Origin: Microbacteriaceae bacterium UBA1487
GTDB lineage: Bacteria; Actinomycetota; Actinomycetes; Actinomycetales; Microbacteriaceae
Direction of reading: 5' to 3'
Length of the DNA stretch: 64,000 bases
NCBI GenBank assembly: GCA_002325245.1
Contig: DCRR01000001.1
Location: 8,312-72,311, forward strand
Positions 59,955 to 64,000 of this stretch are shown one piece after another. The translations under genes were made by a program, and so were the position numbers. The number at the start of each line of letters is the position of its first letter. Within the stretch, counting starts at the first letter, position 1. Below the pieces are notes generated by a model. That model made no database searches. It was given only the letters and a program-made list of their open reading frames with translations, and was not told the DNA's origin.

Positions 59955-60830
59955 TCAGTCCAGGAACTCGGGCACGCGGATCATGCCCTCCTGCGCCACG
60001 CTCGCGGCGAGGACGCCGTCGCGGGAGTAGATCCGGCCCTGGGCGAGTCCGCGCCCGCCGATCGCGGTGGGCGACTCCTGCACGTACAGCAGCCACTCGT
60101 CGGCGCGCGCGAAGCGGTGCCACCACATGGCGTGGTCGAGGCTCGCGACCTTGAGTCCGGGGTTCGACCAGGCGACTCCGTGCTTGCGGAGCACCGGTTC
60201 GAGGATGGCGTAGTCGCTCGCGTAGGCGAGGGCGGCGCGGTGGATGTTCGGGTCGTCGGGCAGTGGATCCTGCGCGCGCATCCAGATGACCTGGTGCGCC
60301 GACTTCCTGCCGTCGGGCGCCAGGTAGATCGGCTCTTCGACGTGACGGATGTCGAAGGCGCGCCGGTTCGCCCACGCGCGGGCGAGCGGGTGGTCGACGT
60401 CTTTGAGAAGCTCGGCGACCGTCGGCAGGCTTTCGGGATCGGGGATGTCGGCGGGCATCTCGATCTGGTGGTCGAAGCCGGGGTCGACGTCCTGGAAGGA
60501 GGCGATCATCGACAGGATCGGCTCACCCGACTGGTAGGCCTGCGTGCGCCGAGTCGAGAACGAGCGGCCGTCGTGGATGCGATCCACCGAGAACGTGATC
60601 GGCTGCGTCACATCGCCGGGTCGGAGGAAGTAGCCGTGCATCGAGTGCACGAAACGGTCTTCGGGCGTCGTGCGAATCGCGGCCATGAGCGACTGGGCGA
60701 GCACCTGCCCGCCGAACACGCGCCCGTTGGGCATCCACTCGCTCGGTCCGGTGAAGATGTCTTCGCGGGTGCGGGCACCCGTGTCGGAAAGGTCGAGGGC
60801 GGCCAGGAGTCCCGACACAGCATCGCTCAT
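59955..60830 (-). CDS. tesB: acyl-CoA thioesterase II
   Basis: Double hotdog: VFGGQVLAQSLMAA...HSMHGYFLRPGD...DGRSFSTRR...ASLDHAMWWHR...GGRGLAQGRIY. Confidence 0.9.
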   Translation of the reverse strand: MSDAVSGLLAALDLSDTGARTREDIFTGPSEWMPNGRVFGGQVLAQSLMAAIRTTPEDRFVHSMHGYFLRPGDVTQPITFSVDRIHDGRSFSTRRTQAYQSGEPILSMIASFQDVDPGFDHQIEMPADIPDPESLPTVAELLKDVDHPLARAWANRRAFDIRHVEEPIYLAPDGRKSAHQVIWMRAQDPLPDDPNIHRAALAYASDYAILEPVLRKHGVAWSNPGLKVASLDHAMWWHRFARADEWLLYVQESPTAIGGRGLAQGRIYSRDGVLAASVAQEGMIRVPEFLD

Positions 60831-60836
60831 GGGTTG

Positions 60837-60843
60837 TAGTTTA
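60837..60843. promoter_or_regulatory. overlapping divergent -10 elements in a 20-bp intergenic gap
   Basis: TAGTTT (+, 60837-60842, 8 nt to ATG 60851) and TAAACT (-, 60838-60843, 7 nt to ATG 60830) share 5 bp. Confidence 0.5.
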
Positions 60844-60850
60844 GGAGCAG

Positions 60851-61555
60851 ATGAGCCGTTCCTTCACGCTGACAGACCTCCCCGCCCTCGACGATCTGCA
60901 GACCTTCCTGGCGCGCGCCGCGCGCATCGAGGACGGTTCCGTGCGCCTGGTCGCCGCCAACGGCGTGCTCGCGGTGTATGTCGCGATCTTCTACCCCGTC
61001 GGACTGACCGATGATGCGCCCACGGTGCTGGGGCTGCGCGTCGCCCGGATCTCGAGCGACGACACCTTCGACGCAGTCGTTCCGCTGGCCGCGCTGCGCC
61101 AGCGGCTGGAGAATGTGCAGGCGGACGCCGCGCGCGCCGCCAACCCCGAACTGTTCACCGCGACGCTGACGCTGCCGATGGAGGCGCCGAGCGTCACCTG
61201 GGCCGCGATCTCGCCGCCGCGCGGAGGGTGGGCGCCGATCGGATCCATCGACGCGCGCGTCCTCGACGCCGCCGCGCGTGCCGGGATCGATCAGGTCGCC
61301 GAGGCGCTTCCCGATGGGGCCGGTGAGCAGATCGTGCGCACGGTGCGCACCGAGGTCTGGGGGCGCGAGATCCCGGGCGCCGAGCACATTCCGGCGGGCG
61401 CCGCCTTCGCTGCGCTCAGTCTCGGGTTCCTCGGCGGCGCGAGCCTTGACGGGGCCGCGCCGGTCGAGGTGTTCGAGACGGGGACGTGGACGCGCCTCAG
61501 CTCGCCGCGCGGCCACGTGCTCGTGAAGCGTCGCGCCTGGACGCTGTCGCGGTAG
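60851..61555 (+). CDS. conserved-looking hypothetical protein
   Basis: 234 aa, soluble, Ala/Leu/Arg-rich, with GC3-biased codon usage consistent with coding. No motif recognised. Confidence 0.55.
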   Translation: MSRSFTLTDLPALDDLQTFLARAARIEDGSVRLVAANGVLAVYVAIFYPVGLTDDAPTVLGLRVARISSDDTFDAVVPLAALRQRLENVQADAARAANPELFTATLTLPMEAPSVTWAAISPPRGGWAPIGSIDARVLDAAARAGIDQVAEALPDGAGEQIVRTVRTEVWGREIPGAEHIPAGAAFAALSLGFLGGASLDGAAPVEVFETGTWTRLSSPRGHVLVKRRAWTLSR

Positions 61556-61564
61556 CCCGACTGC

Positions 61565-62095
61565 TCAGCCGTAGTAGCGGATGAATTCGAACACGGTCGA
61601 GAAGACGATCGACATGATCACGATTCCGACGACCAGCGACACCGCGTGCACCGCGATCGTCGCCCAGAGGGGCGCGAGCCCGCCGCCGGTGCGACGGCGC
61701 ACCACGACCGAGCGCCCGATCACGTAGACGAGGTTGCCGCCCGCGACGAACACGAACAGCATCCACGGCCAGGCGAACGGCTGCGGTACGCCGCGGGCCT
61801 TCAACTGTTTGTGGTCGAAGTAGGCGCCCAGGACCAGGATCGCGGTTGCGACGATGCCGAGTAGCACGGTGGACAGGTAGCCCGGGTCGGTGAAGAGGGC
61901 GAACTGCGCCGCTGGATCGCTGGGGTAGAGCAGAGAGATCGTCAGGATGCCTCGCCAGTCGATGAACATCGCAGGAATGACGCTCAGCAGCGGTACGAGC
62001 GCGATCACCCAGATCCACGGTGTGCTCGTGCTGGTGCCGGCGGGGGCGCGAAGCGCGGTGGTGGCGTCGACGGTGTACGGAGTCTGATCGGTCAC
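61565..62095 (-). CDS. hypothetical integral membrane protein (4 TM)
   Basis: WIWVIALVPLLSVIPAMF..., LLGIVATAILVLGAYF..., WPWMLFVFVAGGNLVYVIG... and AVSLVVGIVIMSIVF. Leaderless GTG (TAGGCT, 6 nt). Confidence 0.55.
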   Translation of the reverse strand: MTDQTPYTVDATTALRAPAGTSTSTPWIWVIALVPLLSVIPAMFIDWRGILTISLLYPSDPAAQFALFTDPGYLSTVLLGIVATAILVLGAYFDHKQLKARGVPQPFAWPWMLFVFVAGGNLVYVIGRSVVVRRRTGGGLAPLWATIAVHAVSLVVGIVIMSIVFSTVFEFIRYYG

Positions 62096-62148
62096 GGGCC
62101 GAGCCTAGAGGTCACCGCGCGGAACCTGAGAGAGCACACGCGACGAGA

Positions 62149-63804
62149 TCAGAGCCGCTCGGCAACTGTGCGGCCGGCGGTGCGGCCGGTGAACAGGCAG
62201 CCCCCGAGGAAGGTCCCTTCGAGCGAGCGGTAGCCGTGCATGCCGCCGCCGCCGAAACCGGCGGCCTCGCCCGCGGCGAACAGGCCCGGAATGGGCGTGC
62301 CGTCGGCGGTGAGCGCCTGACCGGTGAGGTCGGTCTGGATCCCGCCCAGGCTCTTGCGTGTCAGCACGTGGAGCTTCACGGCGATGAGCGGCCGGTGCCG
62401 GGCGTCGAGGATCTTGTGAGGCTTCGCGACGCGAATGAGGCGGTCGCCGCGGTAGCGCCGCGCACCGCGGGCGGCGGTCACCTGTGCATCTTTGCTGAAC
62501 GCGTTGTCGAGCTCTCGATCGCGCGCCTCGATCTCGCGTCGGATCGTCTTCGTGTCGAGCTCGATCCCGGGTGAGAGCCGCTTCATCCCGGCGAACAGCT
62601 CGTCAAGAGTGTCGGCGACGATGAAGTCCTCGCCGTGCTCCTTGAACGCCTCGACGGGGCCGGTGGCGCCCTTCGCGAGGCGCTGCCGAAGCAGTTCGAG
62701 GATGCTCTTGCCCGTGAGGTCGGGGTTCTGCTCGCTGCCGGAGAGTGCGAACTCCTTCTCGATGATCGACTGCGTCAGCACGAACCAGGAGTGGTCGTGC
62801 CCGGTCTGGCGCAGGTGCTCGAGCGTCCCGAGGGTATCGAAGCCCGGGAACAGCGGCACCGGCAGCCGGTTGCCGGCGGCGTCGAACCAGAGGCTCGACG
62901 GGCCGGGCAGGATCCGGATGCCGTGGTCGGCCCACACCGGATCGAAGTTGGTGATGCCCTCGACGTAGTGCCACATGCGGTCGCCGTTGATCAGCCGCGC
63001 GCCGGCGCTCTCGGAGATCCCGAGCATGCGTCCGTCGACGTGGGCGGGGACCCCGCTGAGCATCTGCTTCGGGGGAGCGCCGAGCCACTCGGGCCACTGC
63101 GCGCGGACCAGGTCGTGGTTGCCGCCGATTCCGCCGCTGGAGACGATCACGGCGCTGGCTTCGAACTCGAACGGGTCGATCTCGTCGCGATTGCTCGCCG
63201 CGCCTCGTGCCGCGTCATCGTCGGCGAGGATCTGCCCGCGCGCGCCCACCACTGCGCCGTCGCGCGTGATCAGCTCGTCGACGCGGTGACGGAAGCGCAG
63301 CTCGACGAGCCCCGCCTCGACGCCCTCGCGCACGGCGCGGATGAACGGCTCCAAGATGGCGGGGCCGGTTCCCCACGTGACGTGGAAGCGGGGCACGGAG
63401 TTGCCGTGCGCCGTGGCGGTGTAGCCGCCGCGCTCGGCCCATCCGACGACGGGGAAGAACGAGACGCCTTTCTCGCGCAGCCAGGCGCGCTTCTCGCCGG
63501 CGGCGAAGGCGAGGTACGCCTCTGCCCAGCGACGGCCGTGCTCGTCCTCGTCGCGGTCGAATTCGGCGCTGGCGAACCAGTCCTGGCGGGCGAGCTCGTG
63601 GCTGTCGCGGATCCCCATCCGGCGCTGCTCGGGGCTGTCGATCAGGAAGAGGCCGCCGAAGGACCACCACGCCTGACCACCCAGGCTGGCTTCGGGCTCC
63701 TGCTCGAGCACGATCACCTTCTTGCCGGCGGCGACCAGTTCGCCGGCGGCGACGAGTCCCGCGAGTCCGGCTCCGACAACGATCGCGTCTGCCTGATCGG
63801 TCAC
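62149..63804 (-). CDS. FAD-binding dehydrogenase (fumarate-reductase/KsdD-like flavoprotein, COG3573-type)
   Basis: Dinucleotide motif DAIVVGAGLAGLVAAGELVAAGKKVIVLEQE and C-terminal GLFAAGEAAGFGGGGMHGY. GTG 63804 is preceded by a G-rich SD. Confidence 0.85.
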   Translation of the reverse strand: MTDQADAIVVGAGLAGLVAAGELVAAGKKVIVLEQEPEASLGGQAWWSFGGLFLIDSPEQRRMGIRDSHELARQDWFASAEFDRDEDEHGRRWAEAYLAFAAGEKRAWLREKGVSFFPVVGWAERGGYTATAHGNSVPRFHVTWGTGPAILEPFIRAVREGVEAGLVELRFRHRVDELITRDGAVVGARGQILADDDAARGAASNRDEIDPFEFEASAVIVSSGGIGGNHDLVRAQWPEWLGAPPKQMLSGVPAHVDGRMLGISESAGARLINGDRMWHYVEGITNFDPVWADHGIRILPGPSSLWFDAAGNRLPVPLFPGFDTLGTLEHLRQTGHDHSWFVLTQSIIEKEFALSGSEQNPDLTGKSILELLRQRLAKGATGPVEAFKEHGEDFIVADTLDELFAGMKRLSPGIELDTKTIRREIEARDRELDNAFSKDAQVTAARGARRYRGDRLIRVAKPHKILDARHRPLIAVKLHVLTRKSLGGIQTDLTGQALTADGTPIPGLFAAGEAAGFGGGGMHGYRSLEGTFLGGCLFTGRTAGRTVAERL

Positions 63805-63882
63805 TCGCGAACCCCCCACTTCCTCGATGCGCGTTGGCGTTCCGAGACTACCGGGGCGAGACGCGGGGGAAGCTGGGCGCGC

Positions 63883-64000
63883 CTAGTCGGCGGCGATTGA
63901 GAGGTGGAGCGTGTCACCTTCGACCCGATCGAGTTCGGCCGGCGTGACGAAGAGATCGTGATGCAGGAGTCGGTGGACCCGGACGAAGCCGGCGCGGAGA
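63883..64000 (-). CDS. 3' end of an unidentified CDS truncated by the window edge
   Basis: Open frame from the window edge ending ...FVRVHRLLHHDLFVTPAELDRVEGDTLHLSIAAD-TAG (stop at 63883-63885). Only 38 codons are visible. Confidence 0.3.
   Translation of the reverse strand, partial: LRAGFVRVHRLLHHDLFVTPAELDRVEGDTLHLSIAAD

Overview
This is a high-GC (about 70%) actinobacterial chromosomal segment. The gene content looks Microbacteriaceae-like (ClpS-DUF2017-zincin operon, LAxTG sorting signal, many leaderless genes), but the taxon cannot be proven from sequence alone. I call about 70 protein-coding genes, 2 tRNAs (His-GTG, Arg-TCT), one TPP riboswitch, several operators, promoters and terminators, and one partial CDS at the right edge. 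I saw no transposase, integrase or CRISPR array.

The main functional blocks are:
- a TetR-controlled MMPL + YhgE/Pip export pair;
- a ROK-controlled, translationally coupled organosulfate import and desulfation operon (NitT/TauT-type ABC transporter, Gfo/Idh/MocA oxidoreductase, Cys-type sulfatase, TauE exporter, FGE maturase);
- an ECF sigma/anti-sigma pair divergent from a two-component system;
- a NERD-SF1 helicase + NYN-LOTUS RNase gene pair;
- KhtT/KhtU-like K+/H+ antiport;
- a TPP-riboswitch-controlled ykoEDC HMP/thiamine ECF transporter followed by two paralogous P-loop kinase-like genes;
- orn, tRNA-His and a clpS operon;
- a sortase-anchored beta-helix surface protein;
- msrA, ssb paralog, ettA, the opuA glycine-betaine transporter and tesB.

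The most interesting candidates are:
- the NERD-helicase/NYN-LOTUS operon, a possible undescribed nucleic-acid surveillance or defence module;
- the riboswitch-linked P-loop kinase paralogs;
- a degenerate ABC nucleotide-binding domain fused to the MMPL transporter;
- a duplicated tRNA-Arg 3' end that looks like an att-site scar;
- the tRNA-His gene occupying the N-terminal coding space of clpS.

All functional calls rest on motif recognition by eye. No database search was run.
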